From assembly GCA_951406725.2 (NCBI GenBank), contig OX597821.1, forward strand, positions 65,968,001 through 66,032,000: DNA of 64,000 bases. The letters are read 5' to 3'. Origin of the DNA: Octopus vulgaris. Taxonomy: Eukaryota. The position numbers were made by a program, and so were the translations under genes. Positions within the stretch are counted from its first letter, which is position 1, and each line of letters opens with the position of its first letter. Below, piece after piece: positions 50,425-63,037 of the stretch. The notes under the pieces were generated by a model. That model saw only the letters and a list, made by a program, of their open reading frames with translations. It did not search any database and was not told where the DNA came from.

Positions 50425-52018
50425 TCATTATTATAAAGGGAGTGAGCTGCCAGAATGGTTGACATGCTAGTTGAAATGCTTAGCAGCAATTCATTCACCT
50501 TTACTTTCTAAATTAAAATTCCATGAAGGCTGACTTTGCTTTCCATCCTCTCAAATGTGATCAAATAATGACCTGTACCTGTATTCCAAAGGTTCATCCC
50601 TGTAACATTCTGTGCCACACTGAATCTCCCTGACAACTACATTAAGGGTACACATGTCTGTGGAGTGCTCAGCCACTTGCATGTTAATTTCACAAGCAGG
50701 TTGTTCGATCAATCATATCAACTGGAACTATCATCACTGTAACTGACAGAATGACATGTTGTGTCCATCATTGTCTTAATGTCCACTTTCTATGCTTGCA
50801 TGAATCACATTGTACTGTTGTCTGTGTCTGAGTAACTAAGGGAAACTAGTTTCTTTTAAATGAAACAAATGACTGTTAGCAACAGAAAGAGCACCCAGCT
50901 GTAGAAAATCTGCTGCAACTAATTTCCTCTCTCCCATGGAAACATGGAAAAGAGGAGATTAAAATGACAATGTTGATAATGCATATGCATGACACCATAC
51001 ACATGTATATACTATACACATACATACATTATATCTATCTACATCTATATATATATATACACACACATACATCATCATACACACATGTACATACATATAA
51101 TGATATACATACGCACACATACATGGATATATTATTTGATACATGTAACCATAGATCAATGGTTATAATGTACATTAGAGAAAATCTAAGTTTCCAGTCG
51201 ACACTGTGTCTCTAATTAAACTAAATTAAATACACAGCAAATTGTATGTAATTTAATTTACACACGCAGTGTCGGCGAAAAACTTTACATTTACTCTAAA
51301 GTACATTACGGCATCAAAACGTACACACAGCTTAACACGTTGTTAATTTATTAACGCAGTTTAGTCATGAAACATTTGGCTTTGTGTTTAATTGTTTTGT
51401 TTTACTGTTTTACTACAAAGAAATTTGTGTATGTAGATGTGTGTGTGTGTGTGTGGAGGTATATAGGTACATGTTAGTGTATGTGAGTGTGTTAGTGTGT
51501 ATATGTGTACTTGTCTGTGTTGGAGTGTGTGTGTATTTGAGTTTGTGTTCATGTGTGTCGCTGTGCATCAGTCTTTTGGTATTATATGTATACATACATG
51601 TGTAAGTGTGTGTGTGTGTGTGTATGTGTGTATATATGTATGTATGTGTAGGTATATGTGAGTGAGTTAATGTATTTATGTGCAAATGTGTGCCTGTCTA
51701 TGTAAAAGTGCAGATGTGTCTGCGTGTGTTCATGTGTATCTATGTGTGTTGCTATATGTCTCTGAGTAATATTCATATGTGCATGTGTATGTGTGTGTGT
51801 GTGGGGGGGGAGCTCTGTACTATCTTTATCAGTCAATGTTGATTCAATAATGTTTTAATCACAAAGAAACCTGTCAACTTCAGACTTCTTATCTTGATCT
51901 GAGATGGTTTGTGAATAATTAGGGGTCTACGCAGGAGACAAACAGAATAATTAGGGGTCTATGGAGGAGACAAACACACAAGCAGACACACAAACACAGA
52001 TACATATAGTATGTATTT

Positions 52019-52353
52019 GAAGGCACATGGCTCAGTGGTTAGAGAGTCGAGCTTGCGATCATGAGGTTGTGAGCTTGAATCCCGGACCAAGCTGTGTGTT
52101 GTGTTTTTGAGCAAGACACTTTATTTCATGTTGCTCCAGTTCACTCAGCTGTAGAAATGAGTTGCGACGTCACAGGTGCCAAGGTGTACCGGCCTTTGCC
52201 TTTCCCTTGGGTACCACTGGAGGCGTGGAGAGGGGAGACCAGTATGCATGGGCGATTGCTGGTCTTCCGTAAACAACCTTGCCTGAACTTTCGCCTGGGA
52301 GGGTAACTTTCTAGGTGCAATCCCATGGTCAATCATGACCAAAGGGGGTCTCA
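52019..52353 (+). mobile_element. Family D tRNA-derived SINE with CORE-like domain, full length
   Basis: GGCACATGGCTCAGTGGTTAGAG..GAATCCCGG tRNA-like head; TGTGTTTTTGAGCAAGACACTT resembles the CORE domain start (from memory); probable TSD ATAGTATGT(A/G)TTT at 52006-52018 and 52357-52369. Confidence 0.88.
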
Positions 52354-52523
52354 GAGATAGTATGTGTTTAATATGATTTGGCTGTATGGTAATATGTTCG
52401 ATTCCTAACTACATGGTTCCAGGTTCAGTTCCACTGCATGGCACCTTGGGCAAGTGTTATCTACTTAAGCTCTAGGCCAACCAATGCCTTCAGAGTGAAA
52501 TTTTGAGATAGAAACTTAAAGTT

Positions 52524-52564
<41 letters not shown>

Positions 52565-52600
52565 GCATGGGTATATGTATGTATTAAATTTATTCTTACT

Positions 52601-52667
52601 GTGTTCCTGACTGACGAGGGAGGGGTCCTTCTGGATTAATCCAGAAATTGGTCCAATTCAGGGATAT
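52601..52667 (+). ncRNA. Hammerhead ribozyme-like motif, probably decayed
   Basis: GTGTTCCTGA-CTGACGA-..-GAAA-TTG-GTC-CAAT-TCAGGGATAT: canonical core boxes and GUC; stem I pairs with G-U and a 4-nt bulge. Confidence 0.45.
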
Positions 52668-52829
52668 TGGAATTTTAAAAATTTCTTAGCTTGGTTTCCA
52701 TGTTTTGAACATGCGGTGTATTTATAGTGAAAAATATTGTATGTGGTTACACGATCTTAAGTCTATTTTGCAGCATATTGGCACAGACAATTTTTTTCCT
52801 TTGCCCTTATTTATAATTGTGTCTATGTA

Positions 52830-52868
<39 letters not shown>

Positions 52869-52971
52869 TGCCAGATTAGAATGGAGTCTGGTACAGCCTT
52901 CTGGCTTGCCAGTTCTAAGTCAAACTGTCCAACCCATGCCAGCATGGAAAGTGGACATTAAACGATGACAG

Positions 52972-53002
<31 letters not shown>

Positions 53003-53501
53003 ATATATGTGTGTGTTACTGTCTCCTTTCCTTAAAATCCAGTGATGTCCTTTGCTAGAACGGACTCATTAGAAAATGTGAAAAATTCTTAATAAAAAAA
53101 TATTCAGCTCTTCAAGTTCAGTTCTGCTGGGTGGCACCTCACTAACCAATGTATTGTGAGTGAATTTAGTAGATGGAAACTGTGTAGAAGCCTGCCATAT
53201 GTAATTTTGTGTGTGTGTTTTTGTCTCTGTCTCCCCACTGTTTGACAAACATTGTTAGTTTGTTTTTGGCTTTGTAACTTAGCAGTTCAACCAAAGAGAC
53301 CGATAGAATAAGTACCAAATCTGAAAACAAGTACTGGGGTTGATTTGTTTGACTAAATTTCCTTCAAGGCCATACCCCAGCATGGCCACAGTCCAATGAC
53401 TGAAACAAACGATGAAAGATCGTCAGATCTTGTTTAAAAGATGAGCATTCCTTCTTTACACAGACACTGAGCCACACACTTTACACACACACACACAATG
53501 T

Positions 53502-53744
53502 ATTCCTTTATTCTTTTATTTGTTTCTGTCATTTGACTGTGGCCATGCTGGAGCACTGCCTCGAAGAGATTTAGTCGAACAAATCGATCCTAGGACTTAA
53601 TTTTTGTAAGCCTAGTGCTTATTCTATCAGTCTCTATTGCTGAGCTGCTAAGTTATGGAGACATAAATACACCAGCATTAGCTGTCAAGCGATGGCGGAG
53701 GGGACAAACACACACACACATATATACATACACACACACATATA

Positions 53745-53786
<42 letters not shown>

Positions 53787-53970
53787 CACACACACACACA
53801 TATATATATACTTATGATGGGCTTCTTTCAGTTTCCATCTAATAAATCCCTCACAAGGCTTTGATTGGTCCGAGGCTATATTAGAAGACACTTGCCCAAG
53901 GTGCCATGTAGTGAGACTGAACCCGGAAGCCTGTGGTTGCGAAGCAAGTTTCTTACTACACAGCCACATA
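53502..53970 (-). mobile_element. Family A SINE, full length
   Basis: Complete reverse-strand copy, tail-to-tail with a degraded + copy at about 53100-53420. Confidence 0.88.
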
Positions 53971-54854
53971 TGTGTACGTTTATATTAGGATATGTGCGTA
54001 TGTCTATATATATACATTAAGCACGATGTATATCTAAATGTGTGTGCTTGTGTATATATATGTATATATATATATGCAGGCATTGCCTATAGGTGCTTAC
54101 TGAGTGCTGGATATACCCTATTATATGCAGATGTATGCTTAGCTATATTTTCAAATATGGGACAGAATATGAAATTAATGAGGTAAATTCTATTGACAGG
54201 TCTGCCACCCTGGGGTCATTTTGGCCCTAACCCTTTCAAAATCACAACATCAGAGAACACAACAGATTAATCTATATCAAAATCATTTATTAAACTTAAT
54301 TGAAATTCCTGTCTATTCTAATTATTCTTAATCCTCAATTCTCTTAAATAATTCATCTTGTCTTTTCTTATTCTTCAATTCTGTTTAATTCCTGTTTGTT
54401 TATTCTACTATTCTTATTCTCAAATCCTGTAATTCTTGCTTCATTATTTTTATTCTGTTTTGTTCATGTTCAGCTATTCCAGTTATTTTTACACTTCAAT
54501 CCTGTTTGATTCCTGTTTTTCTTCTCTCACCATACCGGTTTCTCAATTCAAGCATGACAGTATATCACATGACTTTGGGTTCAGTCTTGCTGTGCAGCAT
54601 CTTGGGCAAGTACCTTCCACTGTAGCCTTGGGCAAGTATCTTCCACTGTAGACTTGGGCCACACAATACCTTGTGAGTGGATTTCATAGAAAGAAATTGT
54701 GTATATACAAGATGACATTTATTAACATACAAACTTCATAAGAATCTGCAATACGTTACATCATATTTCTCCCAACTCATCAGGTTATACAATAACTAAG
54801 AATCATATAATGACATGCTATTGTTTATAGGCTTATCTGCTTTGAGTTTTATCA

Positions 54855-55185
54855 TCCCGGTTTGACTGGGGTCTGGAGAGCCAGTGGCTGCACCAGCCTC
54901 CAATCCGATCTGGAAAAGTTTCTACAGCTGGATGCCCTTCCTAATGCCAACCACCCTGAGAGTGTAGTGGGTGCTTTTCATGTGCCACAGGCACAGGAGC
55001 CAGTCAGGCAGGCCTAGCATTTGTCACATTCAGATGGTGCGTTTTATGTGCCACCAGCACAAGAGCCACTCAGCGGGTACTGGCATCGGTCATGATCGGT
55101 TGGTGCTTTTTACATGCCACTGGCATGGGAGCCAGTTGGGCGGACCTGACATCGACCATATTAGGATGGTTCTTTTTACGTAATG
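54855..55185 (-). mobile_element. Family B element with four internal units
   Basis: GTGCTTTT.A.(G/A)TGCCAC repeated at ~60-bp spacing after GGATGCCCTTCCTAATGCCAACC. Confidence 0.85.
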
Positions 55186-55808
55186 ATAATGATGATGGTG
55201 GTGATGATGATGGTTTGTGATGATTATGATGATAGTGATGATTATCATTATGATCACTATCAAAATAATCATCTTTAGGTAGGAAGGCGATGAGGTTTAT
55301 ACTGGTAGTAGATGATAATGATGACGATGATGATGATAATGGGAATAGATGAATAAAATACAAGAGGAATGAGATTTCTGAAAAAGAGACAAAAAGAAAA
55401 AAATAGAAAAAAAAGGGTATTAAAGAAAGAAAGGAAGAAAAAACAAACGAAGGAACGACTGGCACTTTAAAAAAGAAGCAAGATTTTCCTTACCCCCCCC
55501 CCCCGTCCAGCTTTCTTTATTCCTCTACAAGTGGGGTGAGGCGAAGTTTAAGGGTGTAGAAAAATATATAGAATGAAAGGAGGCAAGAAAGATGGGGAAG
55601 CAGAATAAAGTAAATGGAGAGAGAGAGAGAGAGAGAGAGTGAGAGTGAGAGAGAGAGACTGACAGAAAGCAAGGAGGGGAAAAAATTAAGAGGGGAAGAA
55701 ACTGAGGAGGGGGGGGGGGCAGAGCCAGAAATGCTTAAGAAGATAGTAATAGAGGCAGTCAAAAGAAAATGGAAATCTAAGTGGATGGAAAGAGAGACAG
55801 AGAGGAGG

Positions 55809-55846
<38 letters not shown>

Positions 55847-56248
55847 AACAATAATATAAATAATTAGAGAGAGAGAGAGAGAGAATAGTAGTGGTGGGAG
55901 TTGGGATAATATAATAAAGAGAATTACAAGAGAGTGATAAAAGAATGAGCATGGTTTGGTACCTGGAACAAGCTGAAGTATCAGAGGAGGTGGTCGTGGT
56001 TGAGGTGGCGATGGTAGTTTTTACTGTTGCTGAATTGTTCAGCAGTTTGTGACATTGTTCTGTGTTTCTATAAAATTTCTATACAACATCAGCTCCCCAC
56101 AACCACACATCATTGTCACAGCAGCCCTCTGCTGCTCCTCCGGTTTTGGCATATCCTTGGACTTATTGAAGTCTGAAAGATTTCTTTTATTGGTTCCACA
56201 TAAGTGTTTAATGGATTTGTCTGCTGGTTAATGGCAGTGGTGGCAATG

Positions 56249-56287
<39 letters not shown>

Positions 56288-57019
56288 AAGGTATCGAACA
56301 CTATTGCGAAATCAGACAAACATTATCACAGCACACAGCTCACCACAAATACTTAAATAACATCATAGCAGAATCGTATACCACATATACGCCGCAATCA
56401 CACAGTTACCAACATTGCATACTATACCATGCAGTGCTACACCACATCATCATCATCACCGTCGTCATCACCATCACAAACCTGACCAACATTACAACCA
56501 CCAACCATCACTTTTGCATCACATCACTGTCCTCATGCAACTACGCAGCTATAATCAGAATCACGAGACACAAGCCCACCACCACACTATATCATCGCCC
56601 ACAGACCAACAGCCGACATCACGCAACTACTTCATCTCCAACACACACCTGACCACAATCACACCCCATCACATCATAACAATCACAAAACGAAGCACCT
56701 CCAGGTCATGGCCCTACACCAGACCACTATGATAGTACACAGCATAACCATCGCAAATACAAGCTTAACATCACCTTTTCTACAAAACAGACCAGATGTG
56801 AGCTAGTGTGAGAGCTTTTATGTGGTGAGTCATAATCATCATCGTTGTCATTTTATGTCCATTTCCCTATTGAAAATCTGGTATGGGTTGGACAGTGTGA
56901 CAGGAGCCAACTAGCCAGAGGACTGTGCCAAGCTTCGATGCTTACTTGGATACGGTTTCTATGGTTGGATGCCCTTCCTCAGACCAACCACATCAGAAAA
57001 TTATACTTAGTACTTTTTA

Positions 57020-57331
57020 TGTTTGTTGTTTGTTTGTTCCTTCTCGAGCCATGCCTGGCTCATAAGGGCCGGTTTCCTGGTTTCTTTGGTGTATAGGTTC
57101 CCCACCCGGACGGGACGCCGGTCCATCGCAGGTGAGCTGCAAGATGGAGGAGGAAAGAGTGAGAGAAAGTTGTGGCAAAAGAGTCAGCCGAAGTTCGCCA
57201 TTACCTTCTGCTGGAGCCGCATGGAGCTTAGGTGTTTCGCTCATAAACACACACATTGCTCGGTCTGAAATTCGAACCCGCGATCCCTCGATCACGAGTC
57301 CGCTGCTCTAACCACTAGGCCATGTGCCTCC
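57020..57331 (-). mobile_element. Family E tRNA-derived SINE, young, nested in a family B copy
   Basis: Minus strand GGAGGCACATGGCCTAGTGGTTAGAGCAGCGG..GCGGGTTCGAATTTC (A and B boxes); tail CCTGCGATGGACCGGCGTCCC..GAAACCGGCCC..(AAAC)n; B sequence continues on both sides. Confidence 0.88.
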
Positions 57332-57549
57332 ACATGGTGCTTCTTATAAGGCACCAACACCAGACAAGACAACCTCAGCAGAAGGGAGAATAGTTTTGAG
57401 GGAGGTGGCTTCATGCCAGGTGATGAAAGATTAAAGTATGGTAGTAAGATATAAACAGGGGTCTTATTACAGAAGAAATACAAGGCTGCCCCAGTTGCTA
57501 AAAGAGAGAAGATGGTGAAGAGGGGCCAGGACATACCCTCAGGTTGCAG

Positions 57550-57825
57550 CAGTGGTTCTCAACCAATTTTTAACTAAGGACCTCTTTGGTTCTTCTTTTA
57601 CTCAGATGGACCCTCATAGCCACTTGATGTCTTAAAAATTCTAATATTTTTATAAAGAAATATTATTAGTAATTGTAAAAGAAAATATTTTTAAAATATT
57701 TTGTGTACTGTTGAAGTAAGACCAATTTATTCCATGTAAATTTTCAAATAAAAAAAAATTTATATGTATCTCTAACAGTTATATGAACCCCCGATGCCTA
57801 TATGGACCTCAATTGAGAACTACGG
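57550..57825. mobile_element. hAT (Charlie-like) MITE
   Basis: TIRs CAGTGGTTCTCAA / TTGAGAACTACGG; 8-bp TSD GGTTGCAG (57542-57549) / GGTTACAG (57826-57833). Confidence 0.85.
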
Positions 57826-57977
57826 GGTTACAGGAAGGTGAACACTAGAGAAGTGGTTCAGAGGACTAGATAGGGTGAATGGGCAGGTAAGGTCACAATA
57901 GTATAAAAGGAAGTAGAAATAGCAGCTAATCTGCTTCAAAGTACACTGAACCATCTTAAAAACAATGCAAGGACATG

Positions 57978-58170
57978 TTAAATGTTCTACCCTTTTTATG
58001 TTCAATCTGGCCACATCTAGTTTCTTTCACCTTTCCTACAATGTCATTCTAAAAATAAACAGTCATATCGTCAAAATGTTGAAGCTATGAGATAATGCAC
58101 GATTAATTCAAAACAATGTGAATAGATAAGCATTACATTTGACGAAGTAATCTGAATGTTAAACGGTTAA
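57978..58170. mobile_element. TTAA (piggyBac-type) MITE copy, degraded
   Basis: ATGTTCAATCTGGCCACATCT..GAGATAATGCACGATTAATTC..AATGTGAATA..CTGAATGTTAAACGGTTAA; homologous to 63527-63890 and 7280-7410. Confidence 0.72.
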
Positions 58171-58184
58171 TCTTTCATTTTTTA

Positions 58185-58441
58185 AAGTACCCAGTCCACA
58201 CTGTAAAGTGGTTGGCATTTGGAAGGGCATCCAGCTGTAAAAACCATGCCAAAACTGACTTCGCCTGTGTTGGTGCCACATAAAAAGCACTCAGTCTACT
58301 CTGCTGTGTGGCTGGTGTTACGAAGGGCATCCAGTGGTAAAACCCAAGTCAAAACAGACACAGAAGTCTGGTGCAGGCTCCTGTGTGGCCAGCTCCTATC
58401 AAACAGTCCAACCCATGCCAGCATCGAAGGTGGATGTTAAA

Positions 58442-58460
<19 letters not shown>
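58185..58460 (+). mobile_element. Family B 3' end with duplicated module
   Basis: Same two-module structure as 18915-19205. Confidence 0.82.
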
Positions 58461-58475
<15 letters not shown>

Positions 58476-58499
58476 GAATTGAGGAATATGAATATTTAG

Positions 58500-59410
58500 A
58501 ACAGACAAACAAGAATAAAAGATGGGATGGTCATAGCTGGAATGTGTTACATTCTAAGTGCTCTCAGTCAGTAATAGAAATAGTTAAGATGAGCTGGAAT
58601 TAAGGGTGGGGGGTCACAGCTAGAAAGCCTTTCATCGCAGGCTGCCTGCTCAGTCAGGAAAATAAATAAGAATAGTTGGAATAGACAAACAGAAATTAAA
58701 GGTAGGATGGTCACAGCTGGAATGCCTTTCATTACAGGCTTGCTCAGTCAGAAACAAGAACAGAATAGATAAACAAGAATTAAAGATGGGATGGTTATAA
58801 ATTTGCTGTTGATTCGCTCTGTCAGAACTGAACTGGGTCTGCAACAACAACAACAACACATTTTGCATTAAAAACAACCACAGAACCATCACCAATAGCA
58901 ACCATGACACTGCTATCATTAATACCATCTCAAATAGCATCTGTATCGTCTCTAGATACCACTGCTGAAGAGATGAATCGAGGAGGGCAGGCACATTTAC
59001 GTGATAATTCAACATGCTAGATATAGCAGCTGAATTTCCTTCTAATCGCACCTTGCTATCTTACAAAAGGAAATGCTTGGATAATGTAGTCCTGGGCTCT
59101 CTTCACATTAGAAAAAGATGGGATGACCACAGCTGGAATGAGTCTGATCATAGCTCAGCTCAGTCAGTGCTGACCTGGAGATGCAAAACATCCAGAACAA
59201 CATTTTTAACCCTTTTTCATTCTGCCAAAACAAACTATTTATCACAGAGTGTTCCTACACCTGAGACCCAAAAGAGTTCCTTTATGTGGTTGTTTGGCCA
59301 GCTAGAAGTAACAGTTAGATTTCTATCAGATCACACCCTATTGGATTAGAAAATAAAATGGGATGGGATGGGATGGATACATTGGAAATTGTAGTCTTAG
59401 GTACACTGTT
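58500..59410 (+). mobile_element. Cluster of an unclassified repeat (GCTAGA..CAGC..TCACACC..ATAATGTAGTC..GGGATGGTCACAGCTGGAATGCC)
   Basis: Related pieces at about 2900-3075, 5270-5345, 14280-14350, 33560-33650 and 59820-59910; tail module tandemly repeated at 58500-58850. Confidence 0.65.
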
Positions 59411-59789
59411 CTTTTATTGTTTTATTTGTTTCAGTCATTTGACAGCAGCCATGCTGGAGCACCGCCTTCAGCTGAAAAAGTCAGCTCCAGGACTTATTCG
59501 TTTGTAATCTGAGTACTTATTCTATCGGACTCTTTTGCTGAACCACTAAGTTACAGAGACGTAAACACACCAGCATCAGTTGTCAAGTGATGGTGAGGAG
59601 ATAAACACAGACACACAAACATATATATGATGGGCTTCTTTTCAGTTTCTGCCAACCAAATCTACTCACAAGGCTTTTGTCAGCCTGAGCCTATATTCGA
59701 AGACACTCGCCCAAGGTTCCACGCAGTGGGACTGAACCCAGAACCATGTGGTTGGTAAGCAAGCTACTTACCACACAGCCACTTCTGCA
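59410..59789 (-). mobile_element. Family A SINE, full length
   Basis: Complete reverse-strand copy. Confidence 0.88.
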
Positions 59790-59926
59790 ACTATGGACTA
59801 AAAAAAAAAAGAAAAAAGAAAGGAGACACCAAAGGGAATGGTCATGACTGGAATGCCTTCAGCTGTAGGTTTTTCTGGTTCAAGCCTGGCCCAGGGTTAT
59901 GCAACAACAACCACTGTAGTATCAAT

Positions 59927-59958
<32 letters not shown>

Positions 59959-60662
59959 CCTGCTGCTTGCCTATCTCTCTATATAGGAGCATCACCTATA
60001 CAACATACCACCACCACCACCACTAAAGCCTCAAATCAACCTACGCCTTTGCATCTTTAACATCTCCAAGACAACCAAGATATTTTAAGGCTGTGCATAG
60101 CAAAGCTGTCGATTGCAGCTTTGTAAGAACTCTCTAGTGCTTGGAGGAGGAAATGGTAAAGAAGAGAACGTATCTGTGCATATGTATGCATACATACATG
60201 TATGCATGTGTCCCAGTATGTGTGTAAAATGTGTGTGCATATGTATATACAAAATTTGAAGGTATAGATTTTGCTTTGTGCTTGTGTGTCCCAAAGAATA
60301 TGTATACAGCAAATAGTGCATGCTTATGTATGGAGCCTTCTTTTCAGTTCATTAAATTGTCAGAATCTAATTCTGAGTGCTTTAGAACTTATAAATGTAC
60401 AACATTCCAACAAACATACATGTACACCTTATATATTTAGTTATGTCCTGATATGCTCTGAGTTCAAATTTCACTCGGGTTGATATAATTGAACAAGCCC
60501 CTCAATGTTTAAAAGTGAAATATAAGTGTGTGTGTGATCCAAAGTGTACATTACAGCTGATCTTACCAATCAGTTTCGCATTAGGGATTCAATGGAGCAA
60601 TAGGTAACAATTTGATTATGTAACCCTATGCTCATCAGAGGTAGCCAACTTCTTTCTATATA

Positions 60663-60850
60663 TGGAGAGTTTACGAAAAAACAAAAGACGAAGACAGGTG
60701 GTGTACAAAACAAAGAGATGTATTAGTACAACACTCAGGAATAGAAAAAGTATTTTCTGTATCGAGCCTATGCTCTTCTACAGAAAGGGACACAGAAAAA
60801 ACAAGGAGAGAAAAAAATGCGTGTAGTGGCTAATGATCTATCATGACGAC
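60663..60850 (-). mobile_element. Second copy of the ~190-bp Penelope-pLTR-like repeat
   Basis: Aligns with 19213-19402 (ACAAAAG..AGACAGG..TGTATTAGT..TCGAGCCTATGCTCTTC.ACAGAAAGG); bounded by TA. Confidence 0.55.
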
Positions 60851-61555
60851 ATATATATATATATATATATGTCTATTCATAAATGTGTGGTAAGAATCCC
60901 AAATACAAGGTTCTAGAGTCAGTCCCAGAAAGTGGTGGTACCTTGAGCAAATGTCTGTGATTATAGCCCAAGGCCAAGCATGTAAAAATCTTGCCAAAAC
61001 AGTAACAGAAGACTAGTGCAGGCTTCTGCCTGGCAGGCCCTTTTCAAACCATCCCACCCATGCCAGCATGGAAGGCAGACATTAAACGATGACGACGATG
61101 ATGATGATGATGATGATGATGATATGTGTGTGTATGTACATTTCTATGTTGAGTGTGTAAGTGTTTGTGCTCTGAGCTGATGCGAAATGACAAAAAGTTC
61201 CACAGACAATAGGACAGTAATAGAAATGTCTGATAATTCAAAAGGGAAGTAGAATATATTTGATGGACGTTGCTAAATAAATTGTTATTAGTTGGAACAA
61301 TAAAGTCACAGGATGCTGGTTTACAAGTCATCTTCGTCAAAAGTGTCTCGCCAACTTATAGGATAGCAATGACCTAAGGTTAGAAGAAGGATGGAAGTGA
61401 ACTGTTCACGTTAGTAACCCATACGTTTGTTGTATGTTCTTGTTATAATTATTAATAACACTGTTATGATTACATTTGTATTCATCGTCATCATCATCAT
61501 CATCATCATAATCATTATCATCAATATTATTATTATTGTTGCTGTTGTTGTTTTT

Positions 61556-62152
61556 AAGGTGGCAAGCTGATAGAATCATTAGTATACCAGACAAAATGCT
61601 TAGCTGTATTTCATCTGTCTTTACATTCTGAATTCAAATTCCTCCGAGGTAGACTTTATTTTTCATTTTTGCAGGGTTGATAAATTAAGTACCAGTTTAA
61701 CACTGGGGGTCGATGTAGTTGACACATCCCCTCCCCCAAAATGTCTGCCCTTGTGGAAAAATTTGAAACCATTATTATTATCATTATTATTGTTGTCGTT
61801 TTTAAGGTGGCGAGCTGATAGAATCATTAGCAGGGCGGGTAAAATGTTTAACTGTATTTCATTTATCTACATTCTGAGTTCAAATTTCGCTAAGGTCAAC
61901 TTTGCCTTGCATTCTTTCAGGGTTGATAAAATAAGTACCAGCTATTCACTGGGGTCGATGTAATCAACTTAGCCCCTCCCGCCCCCAAATTTCAGGCCTT
62001 GCGCCAAAATTTTAAACCAATGTTATTATTATTATTGTTGTTGTTGTTGTTGTTAAGGTAGTGAGCTGGCAGGATTGTTGGCAAGGTAGATAAAATGCTT
62101 AACATCAGTTTGTGTATCTTTCTGTTCTGAGTTCAAACTCTACCGAGGTTGA
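61556..62152 (+). mobile_element. Three tandem family C SINEs separated by (TTA/TTG)n
   Basis: Heads AAGGTGGC(A/G)AGCTG at about 61556 and 61804 and AAGGTAGTGAGCTG at about 62055; third copy truncated. Confidence 0.88.
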
Positions 62153-62499
62153 TCCATTATTATTGTTGCTGTTGATATTATTGTTCATTTTGAACTTCGT
62201 GTTCTACATACCGTATGGCTGGGGCCAAATTATAGGCCTGGGGCAAGAGAAAGATGATGACACTTGACGGAACATTCTTTACACTATATGTGCAGTCACA
62301 AGCACTGTGAGCTTGAATGCATAAGTATTGATGTTGCCCAAGCTACAGCACTGCTAATCGCTGGTATTATTTTGGTGTTCACATTTCACCTCCTGTTGAT
62401 TTCAATTTCCAGGAGTTTGTACTTGGTCAGTTTCTCTGTAACTTTCATCAAGGTGTTGAAATGTCAGTAAGTATACATGCTTGGTCCTTCTTGCCCTTG

Positions 62500-62726
62500 T
62501 TAACCCTTTCGATACCAAACCGACTGAAGTACAAATGCCTGTTGTACAAACGTCTTGTTTTCATAAATTTCGAATTAAAATCTTCCATCAAACCTTAGTC
62601 ACAATTTATGTTCTTAATACTAGCTTAATGATAACTAAGTTATTTTACTAAATTCTTTGTTATATTTAAAATTGATTGAAAGAAACACAGAGCATCTCAA
62701 AATAAATACAGCAACAAAAAGGCTAA
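62500..62726. mobile_element. TTAA (piggyBac-type) MITE nested in the R4-like LINE
   Basis: TTAACCCTTTCGATAC left end and GCAACAAAAAGGCTAA degenerate right end; LINE peptide resumes on both sides. Confidence 0.75.
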
Positions 62727-63037
62727 TTATATTCAGCTTGTTGGACTTCATCTCTCTGCCACTGTGGATGGGCATTTCCAAGAGCTTGGTGGTAATATCA
62801 TTGGTTTCCAAGGCCATTTGTGGTTCCTGTTCATCTTATATCTCAAATGTCTTCATTTTATAAATCCTTATTTTCCAGTGTAGGTATGCTTCCATCTTGT
62901 TAAGCCGGTAGATGTATTTGGTCTTTGCCAGTTCCATACATCCAGGCACAATGCAGTTGATGGTTTCTTCATATTTTCCATTATTAGATCCTGTATTGTG
63001 GATCTTTTGTAGCTTTGACAACGTGATGCAGATAGGA

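Noticed and set aside
57255-57331. Functional tRNA gene
   Set aside because: A/B boxes are present but the acceptor stem is not closed and the sequence runs into a SINE body; the same applies to the heads at 52019, 38791 and 9778.
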